This document shows, one piece after another, positions 32,426 through 48,990 of a stretch of DNA of 64,000 nucleotides. The stretch is taken from contig UYFQ01000594.1 in assembly GCA_900617105.1 (NCBI GenBank), positions 1 through 64,000 of the forward strand, given 5' to 3'. Made by a program: the position numbers and the translations under genes. The notes beneath the pieces were generated by a model. The model was not told where the DNA came from. It ran no database searches and saw nothing but the letters and a program-made list of their open reading frames with translations. Position 1 is the stretch's first letter, and each line of letters starts with the position of its first letter. Origin of the DNA: Hydrurus foetidus (taxonomy: Eukaryota).

Positions 32426-33379
32426 AATATTCTTTCTCAGAACACTCTCACTTCTTTCCTTTCATTTTTTTCTCCAATTTTTCCCATTCCTCCCTCTATT
32501 ATTTCCTATTCTCTTAATAATTTCGTACCTACCTATCTGCCTACCTTCTTCTATTTTCTATATTTTCGATAAATATTAAATTTTCATTAGTTGAACATAT
32601 TCCAACCACTCTAATATGTTTCAATACTAAAAAAATAAATCATGTCGTAGTCGAATTCCAATGAAAATGAAATTAGTAAGTCGTAAATGATGATCAAAAT
32701 AAACAACCATCTTCCTACTTAATAAGCGTAATAAAAGATAAAATTAATTAGAAGAAAGAAATCAAATGGCATGGAAGTCTTCAACTAAAATGTTACATAT
32801 GAGATAATAAAAGTAAAGAATAATTTCTCGAACAGATTGTAAAGGCTTTTAATCATTTTCGTCTAAATACAAGGAAATAATTTAATTAGAATATGAATTA
32901 CGAAGTATGGAAATTGTTGAATATAAGTAGATTTAGCACATTTTTCTAAAACCAAATCTGCCATAAATTGATGAAACACAAAGAAGTGAATCGCTTACAT
33001 GACCAGTTTTGCTTTCTAGCTTTTTGTTCACTATGAATTCATCTACTCATTCAACGCAAATTCACTCAGTCGCCATATCCAGTAATTTACTCCAACAGCA
33101 GTATCGACACTAACGATTTAAAGTTTTTAGTATTTAACAATTAGTAGTTGATTTTAAGTAGAATATTAACAAACATAATATCCGTTTTTCAAATTTGACA
33201 CATACACAGGATCGATACTGTAGCATAAAAATGAAATGAATGTTTTAAGTGAAAAAAGTATCTTAGCGGCATTGTCGAGTAGGTACTAGAAGTACGGTAT
33301 AACATACGTGCACCATTGAGTTTAATTGATGTCAATATTGTTTTGAGTATTTTCAATAAGTTAAACAAGATGACAGATA

Positions 33380-34246
33380 TTTAAGACGTGTAAACCACTT
33401 TCTTGGATCTTGGGTCGGATTGTGACTTTTCCTTCTCCGTGATGCCAGTCTCTACGCGTAGATGTATATGGGTTGGTTAATATTCGATGATAGTATTTCG
33501 AAAGCTAAGTTAGATGGCATGAGGAATGATTCAAGCTTCTTTCCTTCTATGTACTCGACTTCGTGTGATAGTGACGTGACAAGTCTTGGCGCAGCGTACG
33601 AGAGAGAGTAGTGAAGCGTAGTGTGTGAGAATGTCGGAGATGGATAGTTCGTTGCACGTTGTGATGAACAATTTGGGTCGCCGCAAAGATCAATTAAAAC
33701 TTTCAAATCAGTACGTGATACTGTGCTGTTCAACACAAGTCTCGATTACACCGTCATACGGTGATGGATGTACGGTATGTGCTCTCATGACAGTTTCCGG
33801 CTAATTTTGGCCGGGTTAGCCGTATGCACGACGTTTTCATGCACTTTAACGTTTAACGCACTTCAGACGGGTTGTGACGCTTCTCTGTTCCGTCATACCT
33901 TCCTCTTCTGAGCACGTAGGACAGCATTTCGGGATTGTGAAGCTAACGTAGCGGTCAAAGCAACTCTCCACCCAGCATCCTGGAACTCGTTTTTGAAAAT
34001 GTTCTCAAAGCTTTTTTTCAAGCCAAAAACAGTCAACTTCGGTGCAAGGTCATTCCATGCCGCGAAGCCGCTAGCAACTAATTTTCGCACAACAGCATCG
34101 GTAAGTCTATGAAGCACATTAGAATCAGACGGGGCAAAAGACTGTGCGGCTATGTGGCTACGGGATGGTCCGTCTATTTATTGAGAATTATACTGAATCA
34201 TTGAGAAATTCGAGTATGATGACACCCACCGGCTATTAGAGACTCC
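33380..34246 (-). CDS. Possible small spliced gene of unknown function, divergent from NDUFV2
   Basis: Open exon ~34174-33899 (GPSRSHIAAQSF..AVLRAQKRK) bounded by AG and GTATG. Candidate last exon ETGITEKEKSQSDPRSKKVVYTS*. No recognisable domain. Confidence 0.3.
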
Positions 34247-34317
34247 ACACTGCATTAGAATGTGCGATCATCTTATTTCCATTCTGAGAATACGGAAGTG
34301 TGACAATATTGTCCAGA

Positions 34318-38524
<4,207 letters not shown>

Positions 38525-39853
38525 ATCTTGAAATATTAGTGTCCTGTTAGTGACATATACACGCACCACATTTCTCATTTCTCTTCATTCTCCTGTGACG
38601 CAGTCTAAGCGTATGTCGAAATGTTCTTGAAATCCTTCTTGTATCCTATTTAGTACCCAACTCCATCTTCCTCTACCTCGTTCTCTTCTTCTCCTCCTCT
38701 TTCTTCTTCGTAACTGTAATTTCAACGACGAAGAAAAATTTTTCGAAGAAAGCGAACGTAACTTTTTTTCTCTCATATAAGAATTGACTTATTGATGAGT
38801 TACAGCATCTAAAGCATTTAAATATTGTGCGAAGGAAAGTGCAAAGAAGCAACTTAGTCACGCAATTAAATTCTACAGAATTTGTATGAGAATGAGATTG
38901 AACACGTATTTTTTTTAAAAGTGAATGGAGTTTTTATTTTGCTGATGCGGTCAGTGATAAATTTGAAGTGTGACATTTAACAGTGATGAGCTTGTGCTAT
39001 TGCTGGGCGATTCAAATAGTAACACTGAGGATATGAAGACGTCTCGCTGGGCCCGGGCCCACAGAGCCGTTTTGAATTAATTAATTAATTTTCGAATTTT
39101 ATGTGGGCCCAGGCCCATGGCGTGCATCGCGTCGCCAACAGCATCGATGATCACTCATACGTGCCGTTCTCCACACTTCACTTCATCTTCCAGAGTCCTG
39201 AGCGACTCATATCAAAACCATCGTTTTGGGATTTCAGCTTTTTTTCCTCTTCGATTCCCAAACAGCTTCGACTGCCGGAACAAATTTCGTGAGGAAATTC
39301 GCGCTAGCTACTCTGCGATTTGGGATTTTTCGTAGATACCACCTGTCGGATCAACGAGCGCTGATTGTCCGCACCGTTTGCTCGAGGTATCATTAGTCGC
39401 CGACATCATAATGCCTGATTTGACGCCTTCCTATGATCACTGAGTAATTAAACGCTGGCAAATTTCAAAACAGGTGGCGAATTTGGAGTTTCATCGTCGG
39501 AGACTAGCTCAGAGCAACGAGCGCTGTTTGCCCGCACTGTTAGCGAAAGGTATCATTTGTCGCAGTCGTCTGAATGCCTGATTTGACGCCTTCCTGTAGG
39601 TCAATGATCAATAAAACGACTAAGACAAAAAAAAAAATTATCTGGAATTCGAGATTTTTGATAGGGGCTCGCTGTCGGATCTTTAAGTAAAGCGCCCTGT
39701 TTGCTAGAAGTAGCATTTAACCTCACCGCGGGCGTTCTGACTTAAATTTAACATACTATGTATTTATGTACTTTTCAGAAAGCGGGAGCATACGATATTC
39801 TCTTGTGGTAGCACTCTGCCGCCTCCCCCTTTTGGTCAGTAGTTCGATTCCCG

Positions 39854-41225
39854 ATGTCGTCAGACTCTTCCGACGACGACAGTCTTTTTGAGCTTGATAT
39901 CTCAGAGGAGAAAGTTGCAGACTCAGACCAAAACATTGGTCTTGTTGTAGAAAGTTATAGATTTAGTAGAGGTGAAAAAGGACGACTAGTAACAACTCAT
40001 TGTAATCCAAGATCTTTACAGAATGATCAGTACTTAACCTTATCGAGAAAGATGAATAAAGTCGGGAAAGAACTGGATTCGAAAGTTGGGAAAGAAATAT
40101 TTTGGGAATCAAGTTGAGAAGGCATTAATACAGCCCAGTAAATCTCTTCAAGTGGAGAAACCTCTGTTTTTGAAGGTTTCCTCGTTAAGCATTTCAGTGT
40201 CAGATCGAGTTTCTCATACGACACCTACCACTCTCCCAAGTACATATGTTCCTGATCAAATGGAAATCACATCGCTGCTGCTTATTCAACGATTAGATTC
40301 AACTCCTGCTGTTTTGCCGATCCCTACTATCATCTGCATCCCACCACCGGTTCCAATTTCGGCCATAATTGAGGAAGATGAAAATACAAGTAACGAGTTG
40401 TACGGCTTTCGTTGGGCGAAGAGTTCTTGTTCCTTCGACACTATTTCTACAATTCTTCTCTATTTCTACATTTCCTTATCTCGTGATCAGAGAGACGAAT
40501 TTCTGACGGTGATTCCAATCTTCAGGGACAACTTCGAGAATGTCATGATGTCATCAGTCACATCATTAGCTCATGCAAAAGAAAAATTGGTGCATTTTTT
40601 CATGGGAGGTGTAGAGCCCAAATTTGTCACTGAAACGCACTACGCGGTTGAAGCAGTTTATGATCATATCATGCGATCAATCACTGATCAAGGCGACTTT
40701 ATGAGAATTCATTATACTATTACAAGTCACTGTGACGATACTGAATGTATAGGCTATGGGTCAAGAATTCGTGGTCAGAATCGTCATGTATCTTCATTTG
40801 AGAGCTGCACTTTACTGGACGGAAACTATGATACCGATGTGCATGAATTAGTTGAAAATTACTGGGCTCGAAAAGTTCATACTTGTCAGTCATGCAAGAA
40901 ATTGCTAAATGTTACAAGGGACTTCTCTAGTCAGAATCCGATCATGATCACAGTTAGTGTCAACCTTATGGACACATTGATCGATTCATCCATCAACCAC
41001 AAGGGGTCTGACTACTCCTTATTTGCTGTAGCTTACACCGACGAAATTCACTACATTGCCAGAATCATTATAGATAATACAGTTTACGAGTACGATGGAA
41101 TGAAATATACTGGTCAACTTCGATTAATTGAATGTCAAGATCCGTTTGCCCGATGAATAAAAACTTTGTCAGGGTCAAAATGTAAGGCACAAATGATCTT
41201 TTACAAAATAGACAATATTGTTTGA
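39854..41225 (+). pseudogene. Transposon-borne papain-fold cysteine protease, USP/peptidase C19-like
   Basis: Cys box GFRWAKSSCSFD; Zn pairs HCDDTEC / TCQSC; His-Asp box YSLFAVAY..HYIARI..YEYDGM. Frameshift at ~40100 and in-frame TGA at 41154, after which plausible sequence continues (KAQMIFYK). Confidence 0.65.
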
Positions 41226-41629
41226 GTGTGAATAAGTTATCGGGTATTTTATTTCTTAACACAATTCATTTACAACGAGCATAAATGCAACCAAAAGTTC
41301 ATATTGATATCACATAAACTAAATTTTGATCACCTATAAAATATTAAGCCCATATCTTTTTTTCGGATCATTACACTTTTTTTAACAACTTAAATAAAGA
41401 TAAACACAGATACCTCTCAGCCATTGAAATTCTTATCTTTTTTTGCTGAATCTTTTAAGGTAGATTCCGTCTCATCGGGCCCGGCCACGGGCCCGGGCCC
41501 AGCGAGACGTCTTCATATACGGAAAATGTCGACACGGAAACTGACGCGAAAGTGACCGAAAAGCGTGAAAACCGAGAACTTCAGTTCCTGATCTGTTACT
41601 TTTCACTTTCTGTGGCACACGGGCTATTA

Positions 41630-41849
41630 TTACCGTAGCAGAATAAAATGTCTGCTTTTCGTGCCCAAAACTCAGACACCTCGGGTCACGTCCAAATCAC
41701 CCCACACAATACTAAAAAAGCAAAAAATCTGGGGAACCTTCCTCTTTATGATTTTTAGTATGGTGTGGGCTCCGTTTTTGACCATGCCACACACACGTTT
41801 GAGTTGGATTTTGGGCATGAAAAGCAGACATTTTATTCTGCTACGGTAA
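41630..41849. mobile_element. 220-bp MITE with ~40-bp TIRs and TA flanks
   Basis: TTACCGTAGCAGAATAAAATGTCTGCTTTTC(G)TGCCCAAAA ... TTTTGGGCA(T)GAAAAGCAGACATTTTATTCTGCTACGGTAA, with TA on both sides. Confidence 0.85.
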
Positions 41850-41854
41850 TATAG

Positions 41855-44800
41855 TTCTATTCCCAAAAGCTTTCCACTCTCCTATTTCGTACGTTCGCGT
41901 AAGTACGGTTGACCCAAGGTCCCCACTTACAGCACCGAGTATGAACACCGACAAACGCGCACGTACCCGACCTCTCATTTAGCTCACAAAACCCGTCGCT
42001 GGACTTGGCACCGTACTTATGCGTACGTGCGCACCACATTGGTGGACTTGGTCACTCATAAGACTTGTTTTGTTACATTGGGGTTCGCTCTTGTGAGCAC
42101 GGGGAAAGTATCTCCTTCTTCTAGAAGGTTCTCCATGTGGATTGTTATGGCTCCTTCCCCCAGTGAACACATGAGTGGTCAGATAAACAAAACGATAGAT
42201 AAAATGATAGGCATGGTTGGCTACGGGGTGTGAAAAAAGCTCGGCACTCGGCGGCGCAGTATTTACGAAATATGCAAATTGGTATGCTGCACTCTACGCT
42301 ACAGTATGGGCAGGCGTGCAAATCAGTACTGTACGCTTGTGCGAGGTTCAGGTTTGAAAAAAAAATCACATCGAGGTCCAGGAATTCCACGAAGTGGAAA
42401 TCTTCTCTACAGTCCAGAGAACCTATGTTGGAATCCGCTCACTACTCCCACCTTCAGATTCTATTCCCAAAAGCTTTCCACTCTCCTATTTCGTACGTTC
42501 GCGTAAGTACGGTTGACCCAAGGTCCCCACTTACAGCACCGAGTATGAACACCGACAAACGCGCACGTACCCGACCTCTCATTTAGCTCACAAAACCCGT
42601 CGCTGGACTTGGCACCGTACTTACGCGTACGTGCGCACCACATTGGTGGACTTGGTCACTCATAAGACTTGTTTTGTTACATTGGGGTTCGCTCTTGTGA
42701 GCACGGGGAAAGTATCTCCTTCTTCTAGAAGGTTCTCCATGTGGATTGTTATGGCTCCTTCCCCCAGTGAACACATGAGTGGTCAGATAAACAAAACGAT
42801 AGATAAAATGATAGGCATGGTTGGCTACGGGGTGTGAAAAAAGCTCGGCACTCGGCGGCGCAGTATTTACGAAATATGCAAATTGGTATGCTGCACTCTA
42901 CGCTACAGTATGGGCAGGCGTGCAAATCAGTACTGTACGCTTGTGCGAGGTTCAGGTTTGAAAAGAAAAATCACATCGAGGTCCAGGAATTCCACGAAGT
43001 GGAAATCTTCTCTACAGTCCAGAGAACCCATGTTGGAATCCGCTCACTACTCCCACCTTCAGATTCTATTCCCAAAAGCTTTCCACTCTCCTATTTCGTA
43101 CGTTCGCGTAAGTACGGTTGACCCAAGGTCCCCACTTACAGCACCGAGTATGTACACCGACAAACGCGCACGTACCCGACCTCTCATTTAGCTCACAAAA
43201 CCCGTCGCTGGACTTGGCACCGTACTTACGCGTACGTGCGCACCACATTGGTGGACTTGGTCACTCATAAGACTTGTTTTGTTATATTACATTGGGGTTC
43301 GCTCTTGTGAGCACGGGGAAAGTATCTCCTTCTTCTAGAAGGTTCTCCATGTGGATTGTTATGGCTCCTTCCCCCAGTGAACACATGAGTGGTCAGATAA
43401 ACAAAACGATAGATAAAATGATAGGCATGGTTGGCTACGGGGTGTGAAAAAAGCTCGGCACTCGGCGGCGCAGTATTTACGAAATATGCAAATTGGTATG
43501 CTGCACTCTACGCTACAGTATGGGCAGGCGTGCAAATCAGTACTGTACGCTTGTGCGAGGTTCAGGTTTGAAAAAAAAAATCACATCGAGGTCCAGGAAT
43601 TCCACGAAGTGGAAATCTTCTCTACAGTCCAGAGAACCTATGTTGGAATCCGCTCACTACTCCCACCTTCAGATTCTATTCCCAAAAGCTTTCCACTCTC
43701 CTATTTCGTACGTTCGCGTAAGTACGGTTGACCCAAGGTCCCCACTTACAGCACCGAGTATGAACACCGACAAACGCGCACGTACCCGACCTCTCATTTA
43801 GCTCACAAAACCCGTCGCTGGACTTGGCACCGTACTTATGCGTACGTGCGCACCACATTGGTGGACTTGGTCACTCATAAGACTTGTTTTGTTACATTGG
43901 GGTTCGCTCTTGTGAGCACGGGGAAAGTATCTCCTTCTTCTAGAAGGTTCTCCATGTGGATTGTTATGGCTCCTTCCCCCAGTGAACACATGAGTGGTCA
44001 GATAAACAAAACGATAGATAAAATGATAGGCATGGTTGGCTACGGGGTGTGAAAAAAGCTCGGCACTCGGCGGCGCAGTATTTACGAAATATGCAAATTG
44101 GTATGCTGCACTCTACGCTACAGTATGGGCAGGCGTGCAAATCAGTACTGTACGCTTGTGCGAGGTTCAGGTTTGAAAAAAAAATCACATCGAGGTCCAG
44201 GAATTCCACGAAGTGGAAATCTTCTCTACAGTCCAGAGAACCCATGTTGGAATCCGCTCACTACTCCCACCTTCAGATTCTATTCCCAAAAGCTTTCCAC
44301 TCTCCTATTTCGTACGTTCGCGTAAGTACGGTTGACCCAAGGTCCCCACTTACAGCACCGAGTATGTACACCGACAAACGCGCACGTACCCGACCTCTCA
44401 TTTAGCTCACAAAACCCGTCGCTGGACTTGGCACCGTACTTACGCGTACGTGCGCACCACATTGGTGGACTTGGTCCCTCATAAGACTTGTTTTGTTATA
44501 TTACATTGGGGTTCGCTCTTGTGAGCACGGGGAAAGTATCTCCTTCTTCTAGAAGGTTCTCCATGTGGATTGTTATGGCTCCTTCCCCAGTGAACACATG
44601 AGTGGTCAGATAAACAAAACGATAGATAAAATGATAGGCATGGTTGGCTACGGGGTGTGAAAAAAGCTCGGCACTCGGCGGCGCAGTATTTACGAAATAT
44701 GCAAATTGGTATGCTGCACTCTACGCTACAGTATGGGCAGGCGTGCAAATCAGTACTGTACGCTTGTGCGAGGTTCAGGTTTGAAAAGGAAAATCACATC

Positions 44801-45198
44801 GAGGTCCAGGAATTCCACGAAGTGGAAATCTTCTCTACAGTCCAGAGAACCCATGTTGGAATCCGCTCACTACTCCCACCTTCAGATTCTATTCCCAAAA
44901 GCTTTCCACTCTCCTATTTCGTACGTTCGCGTAAGTACGGTTGACCCAAGGTCCCCACTTACAGCACCGAGTATGTACACCGACAAACGCGCACGTACCC
45001 GACCTCTCATTTAGCTCACAAAACCCGTCGCTGGACTTGGCACCGTACTTACGCGTACGTGCGCACCACATTGGTGGACTTGGTCACTCATAAGACTTGT
45101 TTTGTTATATTACATTGGGGTTCGCTCTTGTGAGCACGGGGAAAGTATCTCCTTCTTCTAGAAGGTTCTCCATGTGGATTGTTATGGCTCCTTCCCCC
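41855..45198. repeat. Tandem array of 604-610-bp units (5 full plus 1 partial), made of the YR element's terminal repeats
   Basis: Units start TTCTATTCCC at 41855, 42459, 43064, 43674, 44278 and 44887, and differ at only a few sites. Confidence 0.97.
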
Positions 45199-45227
45199 CC
45201 ACCCCGCCGAAGGACTCGTAGCATCCC

Positions 45228-46451
45228 TCACACTGCACCAAGCGGCAGCCAACTTCTCACATCGTCCGTACTTGGTTGAGTACCCCCGACCAGAGAGTTC
45301 GACGACAGTGGTCCGTGTCCTCCTGCAGAGTAGTCGTAAACGGCTCTCATGACCGTGGACCCTTGGACGTAGTTCCCTCTATCGATCATGTCTAGCTGCG
45401 ATACCCCCATAGCTCTCATCTGCGTGGTCGCTGCTTTCCGAAGAGAGTGCGATGAGAAATAGTCCGCCGGTAGTCCGGCATCGCGACACGCTCCCTTAAC
45501 AGTCTCTCTCACCATTCTTCCCTGAAGTAGTTTCCTGTCTACTTTCCCTGACTGTCGCTCCAGATACCGACAGAAGAGCTCGTCTGAAGGCAGCACCTTC
45601 GAGAAAGCTATGAACGTAACTAGGTTCTATGGAAACTGACTCTCTCCCGATGATCGTCTGCAAACCGTCTTGGCCTTCACGGGTGCTTTAGTTTTCTGGG
45701 ACGCGGTAAGTACTCGGAGCCCCAGTACGTGCGAGGCTGGAGCTCTACCCTCCCTTAGATCCCTGAAGAAGGACGCCCCGCCACCCACTTGGTAGCTTTC
45801 CGTAGCCCCTCGGATTCCAAACACCAAATCGCTGCACCTAACACTGTGATCCCCCGCTCCCACCTCATGGGCGGTGTACTCGGATAACCGAGCGTCCATG
45901 TCGTAACCCCACATGCACCCAATGTAGGTCATCCTGCTATCGATATCCCCTCGTTCCCACCCCCTGCCAGCCCAGAGCTTCACCCTCATGTCCTTGAGTA
46001 AGCTCTCGCACAGCGGCAGCTTCACACTCCCTTTGGGTCCCCCGTCTTTCTTCGCCCGCAACTCTTTCGTGCTCATGCGGCATGCTGTTCGTGCAGCCGC
46101 TACTATCGCTGAATCCAGAAAAGCGGTTGACTGTAGCGCCGCTGCGAACTTCAGTCGGATCCCTGCCGTCACAGAGGTGGCCTGCTTCCCCCGCATCCCC
46201 TCGTCATAGCGTGATTGTAGAAAGAGGCCCACTATGGCCGGTTTGTCTTCCTCCAGCCATTCGCTTAGCAGGGGGTCCTCGGTGTCTAGGTCCTCATATA
46301 AGAATCTGCACCACTTGATCCAGTGCCCTTCGTATGCTTTTGCTGTCGCCGCAGTGACCGACTGCGCTACGAACGACCCCACTCCCGCCCTGCTGAGCTC
46401 CGGTAACTGGCGCCGAAGACCTAAAGAAAGAGTGAGGGGGTCCAGGGACAC
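45228..46451 (-). pseudogene. Tyrosine recombinase with one in-frame TAG at 45627-45629
   Basis: N-terminal TAKAYEGHWIKWCRFL; catalytic ARLSEY, SQKT, SHSLRKAATT, RGNY..AVY. The two ORF-track pieces are in the same frame. Confidence 0.9.
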
Positions 46452-46483
46452 GGCGGGTAAGGGTGTTAGTGCGATGTAGATGT

Positions 46484-48990
46484 CTATGAGGCTATGGCCT
46501 CGACTATCTTATGCCAAAAAGTTATGAAGTTGACTTCATTTATAAATGGCTCGCATGGACGGCAGCTCTCTATAAGCTGTAGCACCCGACTGTCCTCGCC
46601 CAGTTTAAGATCCGGTACCCCTCTCAACCCTAGACCTGCTAAGACCTCATCAACCGTCCTCCCTGACTCTGATACTCTCGAGAGCTGATCACAACGAAAG
46701 TTTGCCTCCCCCGAGATATGCGTTGCGACCTTGGCTTCTATGCCGTACGATACACACACTAGAGTGTACACCATTGCGGCGTTCGATACTTGACTCCCAC
46801 GGGTTCTCTCCTTTTGAGCCCATGTAAGTGCAGATATACTGTCTCCACGTATCTCGATGTCCAGGTGTGTTACACCTAATCGCACTAACCCTAGAATTCC
46901 GACTATTGAGCCGATGAACTCGCACACATTCTGAAACTTCGACTCCGTCACGAAGCCGAGTTGTCGGAGATCTACCGCACTGGCCCCCACACACACCTCC
47001 GAGTCGCGGTCCCTTCTATAAATGAGACAACCTGCACCGTGCAGTGAAGCATCCGTCTCGACAATGTACTCAGTCACATCACTTTTAATGATGCGAGGGT
47101 TCGGGTGAACCTCTGTTCGTTGTAGCGAACGAGGAATAGGATTGCTCGCCAGCATCTGATTGCTATTTAGGTTTCCTCCGCGAGAGTAAATGTCGCGTGG
47201 CGGTCTAGTCTGCCTGCCATCGCTCTATTCAGAGCCCCACAGAAGGGGCGCATGATTCGACATATGCGTCCGTATCGACTCCCCCATGATGCCAATCTCT
47301 GTATGGTCTTCAGGGACATCTTCCCACTTAGGTTGATAGCCATGAAGCCGTGGACCGCCCTGAGGAAATTCTTCCTCGCGATTGAAACTAGTTTTAGGTT
47401 TAAATCGATCGTGTAGCCTATGACTTTGAGTCGTGTGCCCGTCTCGGACTTCTCATCCGCCACTGCCTTGGGCCCCAAAAGACTAGTGCAGATGTCCTTG
47501 GCGAGCTCCATGTCAGATGCCAGGTCAGACTGAAAGCAGACTCCTATCACGTCGTCCACGTACATCTCTGTGGAGCTTCTCAGAGCTCGGGCGAATTCCC
47601 ATTTCAATGCCCTTGTCACCACCTGGAACGCTGCTGGTGTGCATGCCCAACCAAATATGCCACAGAGCTGTAAGTAGATGAGGTCGCCTGTTACTTCCAT
47701 GCCAAACAGGCTGACATCGTCCGGTCGGAACGACAGAAGGGTATATGCACCTTTCAGGTCCATTTTCCAGATTCTCAAATCGCTCCAACTCTTCCCTGAA
47801 TGGCTCGCCCCATTCACCGTAAAGAAGTCTAATATCATGACCGCTATGTCATCTATAGTCGGATGACGAATAGGCCCATAGTAGTCTTCTGCTTCCTTGG
47901 TTGCTTCTTCTGTGTTGAGTGCAGTCCCATCCACGTACGTCATATCGCCTATCGGACGCCCAGATTTCTTGCCTCTCTTCTGCGCCCAGTGTGCTGTGCA
48001 CAGATGCAGTCTAGGGATGGTGTCTATCGCTAGACTCTTTGGCAACAGGAACCCTAGACCACCTGACACGGTCTCGCCTACCATCTTATTCACAGCTTGA
48101 TGGACCTTCAGGTAGGAGGTGCGGAGCGGTGTCAGAACACCTGCACCGTTCGGTTTGAAGCCGGCCGGTATTGGAACACGCATTCCCACAGCCAAGTCGC
48201 GCAACAGCTCTAGTTCCGGGTTATCGGCTGCCAGTCTACTGATGCGCTCCAGATTAAGCCGACTAGATTGCAGTGTCGTCAATCTAGTCCTTACCATATC
48301 CGAGAAGTCGTGATTTGCTTCTTTGAAGGACTTTAAGTCGTTCGCAAGCATGTCCTCCGGAAACTCGTATCCCTGTGCCCACTCCACAGCTTCAACTACG
48401 CCGTAGTTTGTGGCTGCCATATCCTGCGCATCTTTCACAGTTTCCACCAGATCCGCGAAAGGGAATACTTCCCCTGGTGCGAAGTATGATGCCATGGTGG
48501 CCATTATTCCACGTATCGTGGCTGATTCTACGCACTCTAGAGTGTGCTCCTCCTCCAGCGACCGCATGTAGGCGGGCATTCTATCTGGAAGAGTCTCCTC
48601 TTCATCACATCTGGATGACTGCATGTGGGCAGTCACCGCATCAGATCTCGCTATTAGCACATCTTCAGCAGGTGTTCGCATGTGGGCGAACGCTTTGTCG
48701 GATCTCATCCTCGAAAGGACTCCAACCGATGCTTGCATGTGAGCCAACATCGTGCCCTGCCCCCTTGCTACCTCCATTCTATCAGACGTTTGCATGTGGG
48801 CAAACATCGAGGTGTCTCTGCATGTCTCCTCTTCAGATGGCTTCTGCACGTGAGGTAGCTTCAAGCGAGATCTCTTTCTACACTCCTCATCTCTCCCTGC
48901 ATCCTCACCCGCACTTGATGCCGCCCCACATCGACCAGGGTTCCATTGCTTGTCCTGTGGTTGACTCCGCGGAGTGCAACCACCTTCATC
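46484..48990 (-). pseudogene. YR-element pol: reverse transcriptase plus RNase H (in-frame TAA at 47167, frameshift at ~47087)
   Basis: KMDLKGAY, IFGWACTP, YVDD, VIGYTID (RT); TDASLHGAG, NVCEF, RGDSISAL, HISGEANFRCDQLSR (RNase H). Confidence 0.92.

Noticed and set aside
41855..45198. Repeat array next to a recombinase as a CRISPR-like or guide array, and the many short ORFs within it
   Set aside because: Units are near-identical along their whole length with no unique spacers. They are the retroelement's terminal repeats, and the ORFs change with homopolymer length between units.
45627..47169. In-frame TAG in YR and TAA in RT/RH as recoding or an alternative genetic code
   Set aside because: Host genes terminate at TAA, TAG and TGA normally and I saw no structure after these stops. 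Simple nonsense mutations are more likely.
48555..48860. 57-bp periodic motif as a CRISPR array
   Set aside because: The core is only ~8-10 nt, lies in frame within pol, and the context is eukaryotic with no cas genes. Kept as a peptide repeat.
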